Assembly: GCA_051362555.1 (NCBI GenBank)
Contig: CM120648.1
Location: 4,584,587 to 4,648,586 of the forward strand
Length of the DNA: 64,000 nt
DNA from: Lingula anatina
Taxonomy: Eukaryota > Animalia > Brachiopoda
Direction of reading: 5' to 3'
Position numbers and translations under genes: made by a program. Under the pieces are notes generated by a model that made no database searches, was not told the origin of the DNA, and saw only the letters and a program-made list of their open reading frames with translations. Shown here piece after piece: positions 1-12,369 of the stretch (the first letter of the stretch is position 1; each line of letters begins with the position of its first letter).

Positions 1-47
1 TCAACAAAGAGCGCGGCAACGGTTTCACTTGCCATTGCAACGTATTA

Positions 48-869
48 ATGCTATCAACCGAGAGGGAAGATGATGAATATTTCAAATATAGTACGGATTT
101 AAGACGAAATGATGAATATTTTGGAGTACCGGTAGCAAGGGGATTTTTACCAACTTCAGGGTTTTTCTTTTTAAAATACGATCGATTCAAAGCTCAAAGG
201 TCATTAATCCAATATTTTTATTAAGCCTGCCTGCTGAGTGCATGACAAGTATTACGCACGTAGTACATGTATATGGTTAACCTGTATCTCTAGGGCATAT
301 AATAATCACACATTAAACAATGTTTATTTTCCCTTTAATAATTACAATATATAACAAAATCTCGTAATACCAGTATCATTTAATCCGTCACGGGTTTGTT
401 AAATGAAAAGCATGAATTATCCTTTTGATTGATTTTATCTGACCACATTTCAGAGAACACCGCCTCTGATGCAAGCCCAAAGGATGGCCAATGCGAACGC
501 CGAGGGCGACGCCAGCTTTCTCGCACAGTTACTAGCTGTGCGGCAGTCAGGGGGAGGAGCTGGTGTAGGGGTAGGTATCTTACTTGGTCAAGTTAAAAAA
601 TTTAATTTAAAGGGAACTGTAAAGATATTATTCTTTTTTAATCCAAAACAAAATTGTTACCTTAATTAATTGATAACCATGTGCATGACTGAACTGAGTT
701 ATATAAGCTAAGCAGATTATTCAAAAGAATCAGTAAAAACTCATGTTTCTGCAAAATATAATGATTGAACATTTTATATGCCTTACACAGCTTTAAAATT
801 GGACATTTTTTCTCTTTACTTTAATGCCATTACTTTTTAATAAAAATAACCCTTTCACTGTGTATTTAA

Positions 870-926
<57 letters not shown>

Positions 927-3900
927 ATAACATAAAAGTAGCGACAGAGAAGCATTATAACTTTCATCACAACAGTGAAAGTAGAATAGAAGCTATAGGA
1001 AGGAATGTGCCATTAAATATTTTTTTCATGATTTCAGGGAGTATTTGAGAGAATTAACGGACTCGAAGAAGCAGTCACGATCCTTCAGTCAGATATGGTA
1101 GATGCTAAAAAACAGTTACTGGGTGCGCATGCGCAGATTATGAGTTTTTTTTAAATAATGCATCATTTCTCAATTGAAAGTGAAAGTCATAAGCAAGGCA
1201 TTGATAAATAAAGAGAGCGCCTTGTATGGAAACAGTACATTTTAATTTTCAAAAGAATATTTTGGCTATAGGGGGCAGTGCCATCTTCCAACCAGGAGAA
1301 ACCTTAAGGCATTTACAGACATCATAAATTTACCACGAACTTTTTTATATTGACGTTTGTGCATATACGTACCGTTTTTATTATTTATTTTATTAATTAT
1401 TTTTTTTAATTGTTGTGTATGTGTGTGAAAGAGGGAGAGAGAGAAAGAGAGAGAAAGAGAAAGGGAGCATGTTATATTTTTCAGCTATTCGCAAAAAAAA
1501 AAAAAAAAAAAAATTAAGAGACAATAACTCACAGAATAATCCTTTCAGAGATGACTTTGTCCCTAGAGAATATTAAGCGTGACAACGATAACCCCAAATT
1601 GGATCTTGAAATGCAAGAATTACGACAAAGAGTTCACGGACTGGAAACCCAGCTCGACACTTGGGGGCATTTTGAAGACGAATCCATTCGAAGCATACCG
1701 GATCAATTGGAGGGCCTTGGTGACTGTGACATTAACGATGGAGATAGGATTGCCAGTACAGAAGGTGGGGATTTATACTACAATTAAGTTTCACATCTAT
1801 TATTTCCTTCCTGGGTGATTTCATTCAGTCTTATCCGGCCATCGTGGTCAAATTGTTAAGCATGACAATGTTATTGTCGAACATTTTTCTTGAATCTTAA
1901 CAGTCATTCAGGCTTTCTGCACGTAGGTGGATGGTACATGCGTAAGTACGTTCAAATGTTTCTCAAAACGACGACCAATTCATCTTATTTAACTCTAAAC
2001 CAGCTGCACAAGCTAAAATGTTTTATTGTGAAATTGTTTCGTTTTCTTTTTATCGCAGATATCTACACAGCTGAGATGGGAAGTGAAGCAAAAAAGGATG
2101 ACACGGAGGTGACAGGAGCTAACAAGGGGGAACCTGACACTGAGGAGAAGTTTTCTGCCATATTAAAACGTACATATTTATATACATAACAAAATAATGT
2201 TTCATTCATTTAAATAAAACTGGTGCAATACATTTATAATTTTTAACAGATCTCACGTCAGGTCCATGTAAATTTTTATCACTTTCTATCAAATCTTACA
2301 TTATATTGTGAATGACTGTCTAGATTAGCTAAATATCGTCATATGCTAGTGTTATGTGCTTTTAATTTTTAGGACCAATGACAGAAAAGTCGAAGAAAGT
2401 TCTTGTTGATTGCATCGGCCTTCTTGGAAACCATCCAGACCTGAACAGCGTAATTGGAGTACTGTTTGAAAACAGCATCCTCTCCTCGTCTGAGTTGATG
2501 CGTTTAGAATCCGTACAGACGACAGCTGAACAGAGTAAAATATTACTAACGAAGATATTGCCCGCGAAGGCAGAAGGAGCATTCTGGGGTTTTCGAAAAG
2601 CTTTGGCTTCATTACCCCATACAGAATTTTTGATTGGTATCTTGGACGATAAATTACGTACGTATGTTATATTTCTTTTTAGCTAACATAAGTCCATTTT
2701 AATCGATATCGGCTTAATTTATGCGTTAAATAGCATATGAGTTACAAAAACATAACGAGCATGGAAAATATGTAGAAATATGCTATATATTAAAATCAAC
2801 CTCAGCACAGTAATAAATAATGCACGCAAGAACCAACACAAAAACTGAATAATTCTAATAATTTTGAAGTTACGTGTACATCCGTTATGTCTCGAACATT
2901 GCCATTCATCAATGTTTCAAAAAAGAATGCTGCTGTTAAAACAACTTTTATTTAACGTAGACAATTACTTGATTTAACGATTTAACAAATTATTTGACCA
3001 AATATCTGTATGCCAAGTACCGGACACTTTCATTCCCCTCAGGTTGTATCTTCCTGGAACTAACAGCTGAGGTCAAGAGAGCATTTGGGAGGTCAGTAAG
3101 GAACGCCCCTGCGGCCAGTCAGGAAATCCATCAACAATTGCAAAAGTTAACCCCCGAATTGGTGCAGGTCATGGAGCACTTGGGCCTCATTGTATCCCGA
3201 ATAAGACCCGGAAGTATCAAAATCGATCTCGTATTTTGGAATATTGAACAGCTGGACAGGTTTTGGACATGGCTTCACAGCAGACAGAGGTCGCCACTGT
3301 CTGATGCCTTGTCTCGCGTGATTTTGACGGATGAGGTTCGTGGTTTAGTGCCAGACGATGAGCTAGTGGTCATGCTTAGTTCTTCTCTGGATTGGAATGG
3401 CTATATGGCAGCAAGAAAACGTCTTCTAGCAGGTAATAGCTTTAAAATTACAGGGAATTATACCATTACCATCATTCCATGAGTATATGGTAGTGTTTTA
3501 CCTGGTGGTGGTTTGTGTCGTTTCTACATGTATTTACTTCTGCCTTAATTATTAATATGGACCAAACTGTATATCTGGATGTACAATCATACATACATAC
3601 ATAATTATATCCAATTTAAAAACTGCCTCTTTATGTTGTTGAAAAATAGCTTTCATTACATTTAATATAGAAAGCGTTTTTTTATTTTTGTTAAAGATAC
3701 CTTGTCCAAAGTGGCCAGGGACGACTTATACTTTGAATGCCAAAAACTGCACACAGAGGTAAAGATCAGTCCATATCTGACCGTCTTTGGTGACGTCACC
3801 CGATACTCTGACGTATCCCCCAAGGACCTGGTGCGCCTGGCCTGCGCCAACGGGTACCCGGATCTCATTCCTAGACTTCAGTCTAATTTCCCGCTGGAGT

Positions 3901-6900
3901 TGTCCGATTTCACAGCGAAAGACGTCAGATTGGAGCGTGCTCGCGAGTTGGCCAGAATACGAGAGAAAATGCACCGCGTTAAAGTATCCAAATTGATTGA
4001 CAGAATCGGAAAGAAAGATGCTGAAATCAGTTCACTTGAAGGGGAATTAAAAGAAGTGCGGTTGAAGTGTATTTCCCTTGAAGTTGCATTGGAAGATCAA
4101 AGTGACAGGGGTTTGCGGACTGTTTTAGAAAATAAAAATGCTGAAATTGCACGTATTAAAAAAATGTATGATGAAGAAAAGAAAAAAGCGACGAAGTTAG
4201 AGTCTGATCTTGACTTGGCAAACAAAGAGAAAGCTGGCTTGATGAAGCAACTTCATTCGAAATCTATTGGTTTTCAAACTGATCGAGCGAATCAGCCAAA
4301 CGTTCTGGTTGGTAAAGCACCATTACAGGACGAAGAGCAAATACTTGTCAATTTTAACGAAGAAGCCCTACAGGATGTTGGTAGATCACGCGAAGGTTTG
4401 GGAAGAAAGCAGTCGCGGGAACAATTGACAAATATCGCAAAAGGAGAAGTTACCAGTGAATATCCACATGCGTCGTCTAATATTGATGATCCTCGTGAAG
4501 ATTCCAAGAGCCCCCAAGCTGAGGCGAGCCTGTCCCAAAATGAGCAACCGTTGACTGCCCAGGCAGAGAAAACTACCGCTCCATTGACAGCAACTCAAAG
4601 TAAGATCCTGATATACCATATTCTGGATACAGCATCTTAGTTCTTGCTCACCCTACGTGGACAAGATATGGTTGTATGCAACAGTGGCGGATTTAGGGGG
4701 GTCAGAAGGTCCGGATCCTCCTTTCAGCTCCCGAAAAAAATCACACTATTATTTCCTTGTTGAAATTAAAATTCTGACTAGTTGAATTAATAGTTATAAA
4801 CCGTAAATGGCATCGTTTGTCCAGAACCCCAGGCTAAGGGGGCGGGAGTTGGTTTCGTATCCGAGGCCTATCACGCTTAAGATAACGGACCCATTCAAAT
4901 AATCCTGGATCCGCCCCTGTGTAACGACCAATAGGAATTTTAGTATTTTAAATCTATTTCTTAACCATTTTGACTGAGGCTAGGAGATGGGTATGGTAAA
5001 AATTTTAGTATTTTAAATCTATTTCTTAACCATTTTGACTGAGGCTAGGAGATGGGTATGGTAAAAATGTTTGCTTCGTCGCTTTTTGACTACTTGCCCA
5101 ACTCTTAACAATAACAAAATGAGTAATTCTCAAAATTATTCTTTTCAGTTGTGAGTAATATCTCATGTTGTGAGTAATACCTCATGGACTGTTGTTCTTT
5201 TTCCTTATAGATAGAGGAAGAAACGTTGTACGTCCAGACGGAAGGTCTAACGGTCTGGACACTGTGCTCCTGTTGGACACCTCTGGGAGCATGGCCGGAG
5301 AGGCCTTTGACCAGATGATACAGGCCGTGAAAAGTATCCTGGACAGTAGGTGGCCCTTTTAACACATTCTGTCATATTAAACCGAATATATGTGTTTTTG
5401 TAACTATATAGCACAATGACTTGGCCTTTGAAGACTCTCCTTGTTCAAGGTGTCCTATCCTAGATTTAAACCGCCAAATCGGATTTTGTCTGGAAAAAAG
5501 CAATTTCTCACACGAATAAATGGCTTATGTTCAAAATGTCATTCGTGAGGTGCATTTTCACTTCTTCCTCTCCAGATATGGAGTACAGTGCTGACATCTA
5601 TGGTTTCACTGAGAACGTCTCTCTCATTACTGTTGGCGGATATAGACAGTCACGTGTCCTAGTATCCCTGTCATGTGACTATCAAAGAGCCAGGAGGATT
5701 CTGGGTACGTGAGGTGAAATTTAAATTATAAATCAAAACGAAAAACAATGTTGATACCCAAGCGTCACTGCGGCTCTAGACAAACCTCAGTTCTCTTACA
5801 CGTAAATAATGTTTTTTTTTCCTGTGAATTCTATTTTATTAGTAGGCCTGCGTGCAACTCAAGCTACGGCGCCTCTACCATAATTAGGCATTTCGTTACG
5901 CGAAATAATCTTAGTATTTCACTTTTTTAAACATTCACACTTTCGTATTTCGATACGCCATGCATTTCCAAGGTACGACGAGATATATACAACATGAAAA
6001 TACAACATAATATTGATTATCATTAAATCTTTCAGAAACTTTAAAATCTGAGGGAATGTCACCGTTAGCACCTGCCATTCAGGAAGCACAGAGGGAAATA
6101 CAAAGGAACGGTAGGTACCGGAATATGCTTACTGGTGGGTGTGGGTGTTTTTGCTTTTTAATTTAGGCAATTATGGATTTTAATAAAAATTGGTTCTGTA
6201 CTTGTCTATTCTTTTGGTAAAAACGTGTAGGTATTAATTTATTAGGGAATTCTATGTAAGGTTGCATGATTATTTGTAAATTGGAAGCACTTTCATAAGT
6301 CATTAAATTTATCAATCAGTTTATAATCTTGTTGCAAACGAACTATCCAAGTTTATTTGAAGGGGGGTCTGCAGATGCGAAGCCGAATCCCCCCTCCCCC
6401 CTTGGCCAAAAATTTGTGGTATTTTAAAGGGAGAACCGTGCCATATGGTGCTGTTTAGAACTTTGAATCAGCAAGTCAAAATTCTAATTTGAAGAGGGAA
6501 CCTTTTGTGTGATTATTTTTTGAGAAATCGAAAGGGGAGTCAGGACCCTCCTCTAAATCCGCCACTGCGATCGTCCTCATAAATAATGGAGTCACGTATG
6601 TTCACATCCAATGTTCGTCCATATTTCAATATGCTGTACGTTCTGCAGGTGCTTCACTCCACGTGTCCGGCCGCAAGGTGGCGCCCCGTATTTACGTATT
6701 TACAGACGGCATACCAAGTGACGAAGATGAATATCGTACCTCTGACCTTACGGAGGGAAATATGGCCGTGAGTTGCACTTGTTTTATTTTAGGATACAGC
6801 ATTTAGTTATTTTAAAGATTGGTTTTGTTAAATTTGCTTTTAGAACATGGGAACGCAGTAAACTCTTCGATCTACGTATATATATATATAGTAATGGGAA

Positions 6901-8573
6901 AAAATGCTATATTATAATTCATTTTTTTTATAATCAGATGACCATGCTTATGGCAGAACGCGAATTTTAGGGAAACAAATTTCTATTTTAAATGGTGCAC
7001 TCCTTTTGTTACGTTACCTTCGGCAACAGTCTATATATATATATAATGCTGAAAGAAAATTAAGCAATGGTATTTTTCTGTAGGCTAAATACAAAACGAT
7101 GACAGCAGTTCAGGTGTACCAAGATGGAGACCACAGGAATAAAGCCGAAATAAGTTTTGTTGGTTGTGGATCTAAAGTTGATACGGTGAGTGAAATGTGA
7201 GACCGGAACATTCTACATCTTAAACGTAATTGATATGTTACAGTGACAAGAAAGAATATAACATGCAGCGTGTGTGGTTGTGTGTGTGCGTGCTATGTGT
7301 GTGTGTGTGTGTGTGTGTGTGCATATGTATGCACGTGATGTTTATCATTCGTGAATAAAAGAGATGTACAGCGTAATTCACATTGTTTTGTTCCATTCCA
7401 CTTGAAGATATTTTTGGAGTCCGCCTCCAAGATAGGGAAAGGAAAGTATATGCGAGCAGACGACCCAGAGGCTGTGGACAGAATTGGAGGATACTACCGA
7501 AGAGTAGTAAGTCAATATATATATTTTTAAATATTTACCCATATTTACCCAAAGAATCAATCTATTAGACATCATTGTATTTAATATAGTATTTAAGATA
7601 GTTGTTTAAGGTTACCAATCAGAAATTCCTTGCACGGCCATTTTTTTAATACTCTTAAAAGATTTCATTGGGATCGATGAAAGTCATGAAAAAAAAATAG
7701 GCTAAACGTCATTTGACAAATTCCGGCTGGGGAAAAAGATTCTTTACTTATTTATATGATATAAAGAGTGTACGTTTTTAAACTACATGTAAGTCGACAT
7801 TTCGTAATAAAATATATGATGATACCGGTTTTAAAGTGCAATGTAGGTACATGGAAAATTAGTTAAACATGTTGAATAATTGCAATCTACATAATGTTTC
7901 AGGTATGGGTTTACCGATTTGCTGCTCCTTTTCGAGGTATGGGAATAAAGGGTCCTATTCTTTTAGAGAAATTATGCCCGTAACAAATGTACTTTTGTAA
8001 AACGTCTAAAAATATTTAAGCATGAAAAAGTACAAAATTATCGGACAAAATTATCGACAGTAAAAAAGACAGTAAAGAAAGAACGTATTTGAAATAATGT
8101 TTGACTGTCAGTTACATCAACAGTGATGCATGTTGAATAAGATATTATTTGAAGTCTCTTTTCTTTTAGAGAAATGATGCCCGCTACAAATATAGTTTTT
8201 GTAAAGCCTCTAAAAATATTATAAGCATGAAAAAGTATAATTATTGACTGTCAGTTTTATCGTGCAGATACGTCCACCATGAAGCAGTTGGCAGCCCAGG
8301 ATAAGGAAACGTTCCGAAACTGGCTGACGGCCACGAAGTCCGGGGAGATCAACCAGAAGGACCTAAGCGAATTTGATGTGGTAATGTTGAATGTTTTTTT
8401 CCTTCAGATTATTGCATAATGGTTTCGGTTTGATTATTCTATTTCCAAAACACTGCAAGATTATGAAAATAATGCAGAGTAATGGTGGTGTGTAGGTCTT
8501 TGAAAGGTGTGAACTTCAACAGGAATTTTAAGCATTCGTAAGTAAAAAAGTGCGATTTTACAGCCGATGCATA

Positions 8574-8621
<48 letters not shown>

Positions 8622-11600
8622 AGAACGAAATGTACAGCATGCTCGTTGCACTGGCTACGGAGAAAAGAGCGACTGAGAGATACGACGGGTCGGACACTGA
8701 CTCAGACCCCTCCCTTAAAGTGGAACTGCCCCTGGGGAGTAGGGTCAGGCGGGGGCCGGACTGGGCGGGGCAGTCCGAAGACGCCGATGGACCCGGAACA
8801 GTGGTCGAACATCAGAAAGGAAGTATGTGACACAGCCTTTAGATCAAATAATACGCGTTGGGCACCTAAATTGCAAAATATAATTTGTCAAATCGCAATT
8901 TTTTTTACATATACTCAGATATTCTTTGAATTTTACTGATTGTAAGTGAAATTGTGTAGCTATCTGGCCCCATTTAACTCTCCACGTGACTTTGTAATAA
9001 AGACAAGAGAATTAAGATATAAAACCAACCCCCTTTCCTCTAAATTTTAGGAAAAGTACTTGTGAAATGGGACTACACAGACGGCATTGGGGTCTACAGA
9101 TTTGGTGAAAACAACTGCTATGACGTCTTGCCTACAGACGAACCCAGAATCCTCCGCGCAGATCAGTTGATCGATGTTGGTGTGAAAGTTGTAAGAGGTA
9201 CATTTTGCTGTCATATTTAGAATGCACGTGCACCTCTAATTAGATATAGATCTGTGTAGCGGTTTACGAAATGTAATATAATTCATATAATTAACCATAT
9301 TGCAAGATGAGGGTGGCATCATGGCATGGAAGATAACAAACTACATTGCACCAATTGCTTGTTAAGATATACCTGTTCGTACCTTTTTTGGGTGTTAAGA
9401 CAGTGGTAATAAAACTGTAATAACAGTCTATTCACTCAAGGGTGTTAGTTCTACGTTGTATGCTTAATAGCCATTTTGTCGCCAGTCATTTTTCAAAATT
9501 CTTTGAACTATATTTTGTTTCCTAAAGGCCCAGATTGGGAATGGGGAGACCAAGATGGCGGCGAGGGGAACGTTGGAACCGTGTATAAGGTTGAACAGAG
9601 AGGAGCTGTTTGGGTATGACAAATATCTTTATGTGGCCTATGTTTTTAAATTTTTTGATTATATTCCTTCTGTATAACAAAAAAAAGGAACATTAGACAA
9701 AAAATGAAAGATTAACGGAATGTCGTCTACATTTTTGTCTTGGCATTTTCAATCACCTTTTTTAAGTGTTTTTAAAATATATCTTTTATTATTACCGAAA
9801 ACTATTTGAAATCTTGAACGGCCACTGTTTCAACGGACCAGCAATTTTTCAACGTGTTGCTACTCTATTTCACAGGTCCAGTGGCCAAATGGTTCTTACA
9901 ACATGTACCGATATGGACACGAAGGACTGATTGATCTGACGATCGTGTGCGTATATGTTGACTTTATCTTGTATTGCCCTAACAATCCCCTTCCCTTTTA
10001 ACTACGGCACAGGCTATTAGTTCTATAGACCGTAAAATGTTTATTTTATTTTTTGTGAACATTTTGCAAATCGAGGCCATTTGTAAGGTAGTTTCTATAA
10101 AGTTGCTACAATCAATAGGGTGTATACTTATATCCAGGAGCACATTTACTATTGTGAAAAATTAAGTCATATGTCAACAAAACCTGTCATAATTTCAGAA
10201 ACAGTGACGCATTCTTAAGGGTGGTGAGATAATTATTTTGAGTGATTTTATTTGTTTTTTATGTTAGTGACGTAGTTTCATCTGACAACAACGTGCAACC
10301 GAAGACTCTAGCCAATGACGGTGGGATGCCTAATACTAGCCAAGAAAGTACGATAAGCACAGCCTTTAATATACTTTAGTGTGCCTTAATTTACTTTGAT
10401 ATTTGATATATTTGTGCGTATTATCTAAATACATGTAAGCTTATAATTGCCCCTGACTGCTGTTCATTTTAATTCTGAAGACGAAAGTAAAACGGCTTAT
10501 GAAAAGCTTTGTATGAAGTCATAGATATCAATCAGTTGCCATCCCAGCAAAAGTCCACCTTACTATATGATACAAACCTGTACAGAGTTGTGGCTGCTGC
10601 TGTGCTGGTGACCTGCCGATCATGTGTAATGGCGTAATCCCTGTGAAAGACCTTACCTACCTGTATAAATAAATTATGGATGGAAATTGACACGTATTAT
10701 TGGTTGATATGCATTATATTTCATTTTATTATGGTGGTGATATGTTCACTTTTTTTTTTTTTTTTTTCAAGATGGCCATGCTTGGTGGCAATGGAACCGC
10801 AATGGATCATGGGTATTGTACCCTGTGAATGTGAACATGAGGTTGGAGCAGGAGTACCAAGCAAACCCCAGGTCTGGAGTGGAAGTAGAGATCGACTCCG
10901 TCAGGTACAGTGCAGTGAAATAAAGTTACGTGGACGTAAATCAAAATAAGAGTTTAATGGAAAAAAGCATGACGTCATTATGATGTCATGATGACGTCAT
11001 GATGTAATTTTGCATCTAGATAGCATAATTTACCAATTTTTTATTATCAGCATACATATTTATAATTTAGTTGAATGGTAATGTGGGTCAAAAAGAACTT
11101 GCACCAGGAAACGAATGTTTTGTTGTTTTAAAATGGTCTGTGTTATCTAGCAACTCATGAAAAGAAAGCTTTGCATTTTAGTTTATAAAAATAGATTAAG
11201 ATGAATAAGGAAAAAAAGAATCCAGCATAAAGATAAATATATGCATGACTATTTGCTTACTTTTTATTTTTTTGATTTATTTCTCTGTGCCTACATTTTG
11301 TACGTGGTTTACGAGTATGAATAATCAGAATCTGGGGAAAACATGATTGCCTTCAGCTGAAACAAAACTAATAGTAACATTGAACAGAATTTAGAGTAAA
11401 ACAGGTATTTTTATTTATTTCAATCTAGACGGTATGTTGACTTTCAAAACCTTAAGGACCTATGTATGGACACTGGAGAGGAGTTTGAGATTCAGCGTTC
11501 AGGTATGATGGAAAATAAGTTGAAAATACAATATTTACGTGGTCTACTGTGGCTTCTCTCTTTCAGTTTTTGCCTTACTCTCTGTCTCTCTCTCCCTCTC

Positions 11601-11754
11601 TCTCTCCTTGCGTTTTAGGAAGATAGAATTAGGAGTAATAAACTGTTATTGCACTGTTAATATTTCCCTTTTTGTTACAAGTATTTACACCATATATGTT
11701 ATATTTTCAGTTTTCACAGAAGACGAGTATGTAGCTGCATTGTCCACCACGTGA
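48..11754 (+). CDS. Multi-exon gene, ~1,276 aa: CARD-like + TRADD-N-like + coiled coil + vWA + 2x MIB/HERC2 + WWE domain protein
   Basis: 24 GT-AG exons with consistent phases: 48-131, 454-570, 1038-1122, 1549-1764, 2059-2169, 2373-2657, 3043-3432, 3697-4599, 5211-5345, 5576-5704, 6036-6110, 6649-6767, 7084-7185, 7408-7506, 7903-7936, 8268-8380, 8624-8822, 9051-9197, 9528-9613, 9876-9946, 10268-10347, 10772-10904, 11429-11502, 11711-11754 (sum 3831 nt, ends TGA). Start at ATG 48 is tentative; the gene could begin upstream of the window. Confidence 0.75.
870..924. repeat. (ATT)n microsatellite
   Basis: Direct read; source of the spurious poly-Leu ORF 824..1048. Confidence 0.95.
2373..2657 (+). 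other. Exon encoding a CARD-like death-fold domain of gene 1
   Basis: [16 protein letters not shown]...[55 protein letters not shown] matches the CARD pattern (L..L....IL...E...I......+...LL..L..KG..AF..F..AL); single phase 1-1 exon. Confidence 0.7.
3043..3432 (+). other. Exon encoding a TRADD-N-like domain of gene 1
   Basis: [47 protein letters not shown] resembles the GS(I/L)....L..LW......L...L...L.TDE pattern of TRADD-N-like domains next to death folds in invertebrate proteins; single phase 1-1 exon. Confidence 0.55.
4682..4919 (-). mobile_element. MITE family A copy 1 (CAG[T/G]GGCGGAT terminal inverted repeats)
   Basis: Ends CAGTGGCGGATTTAGG ... CCTGGATCCGCCCCTG; the interior is the reverse complement of the copies at 6361 and 43605. 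Confidence 0.75.
4937..5068. repeat. Tandem duplication of ~65 bp in intron
   Basis: attttagtattttaaatctatttcttaaccattttgactgaggctaggagatgggtatggtaaaa occurs twice head-to-tail. Confidence 0.9.
5211..7506 (+). other. von Willebrand factor A (vWA) domain exons of gene 1
   Basis: [13 protein letters not shown] (DxSxS MIDAS), [26 protein letters not shown] across six exons. Confidence 0.85.
6361..6567 (+). mobile_element. MITE family A copy 2 (5' truncated)
   Basis: Shares ggtatttta...gtgccat.tggt.ctgtttagaact...agtcaaaattctaattt.aagaggg with the 43605 copy; ends taaatccgccactg. Confidence 0.7.
8575..8620. repeat. (ATT)n microsatellite abutting a splice acceptor
   Basis: Direct read; followed by aaag|AACGAA exon start. 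Confidence 0.9.
8624..9946 (+). other. Two tandem MIB/HERC2 domains of gene 1
   Basis: [10 protein letters not shown]...DGPGTV...VKWD...YRFG...YDV and [25 protein letters not shown]...VQWPNG...[11 protein letters not shown]. Confidence 0.9.
10772..11502 (+). other. WWE domain exons of gene 1
   Basis: [26 protein letters not shown]...RRYVDFQNL...TGEEFEIQR fits the WWE consensus (W.W....W..Y.......LE..Y ... Y.VDF..M.Q....TG..R.I.R). Confidence 0.8.
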
Positions 11755-12139
11755 TTGGCATCCTGTATAAAAGGACAACCTTGGCTTTAAATCTATCAGA
11801 CGCGATGAATACTTTTAAAAACTGATTGCATGTTGTTATGAACGCCTATTTGTCTTTCAAGACTTCCGGCGATAATTTTGTTTTTCTTTTAAAGTGGTTC
11901 TATGATATATTGAAAAAATTGCTGATCGATATCTATTTATTATGTTAATGTTCTGGCACTTGATTAATGCCTCTATACACTACAGCTAGTATGTCACATT
12001 TGATGAGAATTTTGGTGACACCTACCAAACTTTGAATACAATGTTGTGTGGTGGATTGCTGTTACCATTGCGTTTAAATTCCGAACACATGCACATAAAT
12101 GATTTTTCAGCAGTGACTGTCGTTTATTTTCGTTAATAA

Positions 12140-12369
12140 AAATTTCCTGTAGGACGTCCATTAGGACACTAAGAGACTACAGGAATCCTCGAGGACTCCT
12201 AGGGACTCTATTCATTATTCATATCTAGGAGATATGACCTATAAGACACTGTAGGATTTTGGGTTAATTTACTATAGGGTTTCTAGCACGTCTTTTAGAA
12301 CCCTTAAGGATATTGGACCAATTTCCTACAGGGCGTCTTATAGGACCCTACAGGAAATTTCAGTAAGGG
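12140..12369. mobile_element. Degenerate palindromic MITE-like element
   Basis: aaatttcctgtagg ... cctacaggaaattt inverted ends with internal ggac/gtcc sub-repeats; right end ...cagtaaggg. Confidence 0.5.

Noticed and set aside
824-1048. Poly-Leu/Ile/Asn/Tyr ORFs (also 8439-8697, 45861-46100)
   Set aside because: Translations of (ATT)n microsatellites
7958-8255. Duplicated intronic segment with a possible 13-nt microexon (AG|agaaattatgccc|GT)
   Set aside because: Flanking exons already join in phase; 13 nt would frameshift, and the second copy lacks the donor
10968-11004. Cluster of TGACGTCA-like palindromes
   Set aside because: Short intronic low-complexity repeat; cannot be supported as a regulatory element
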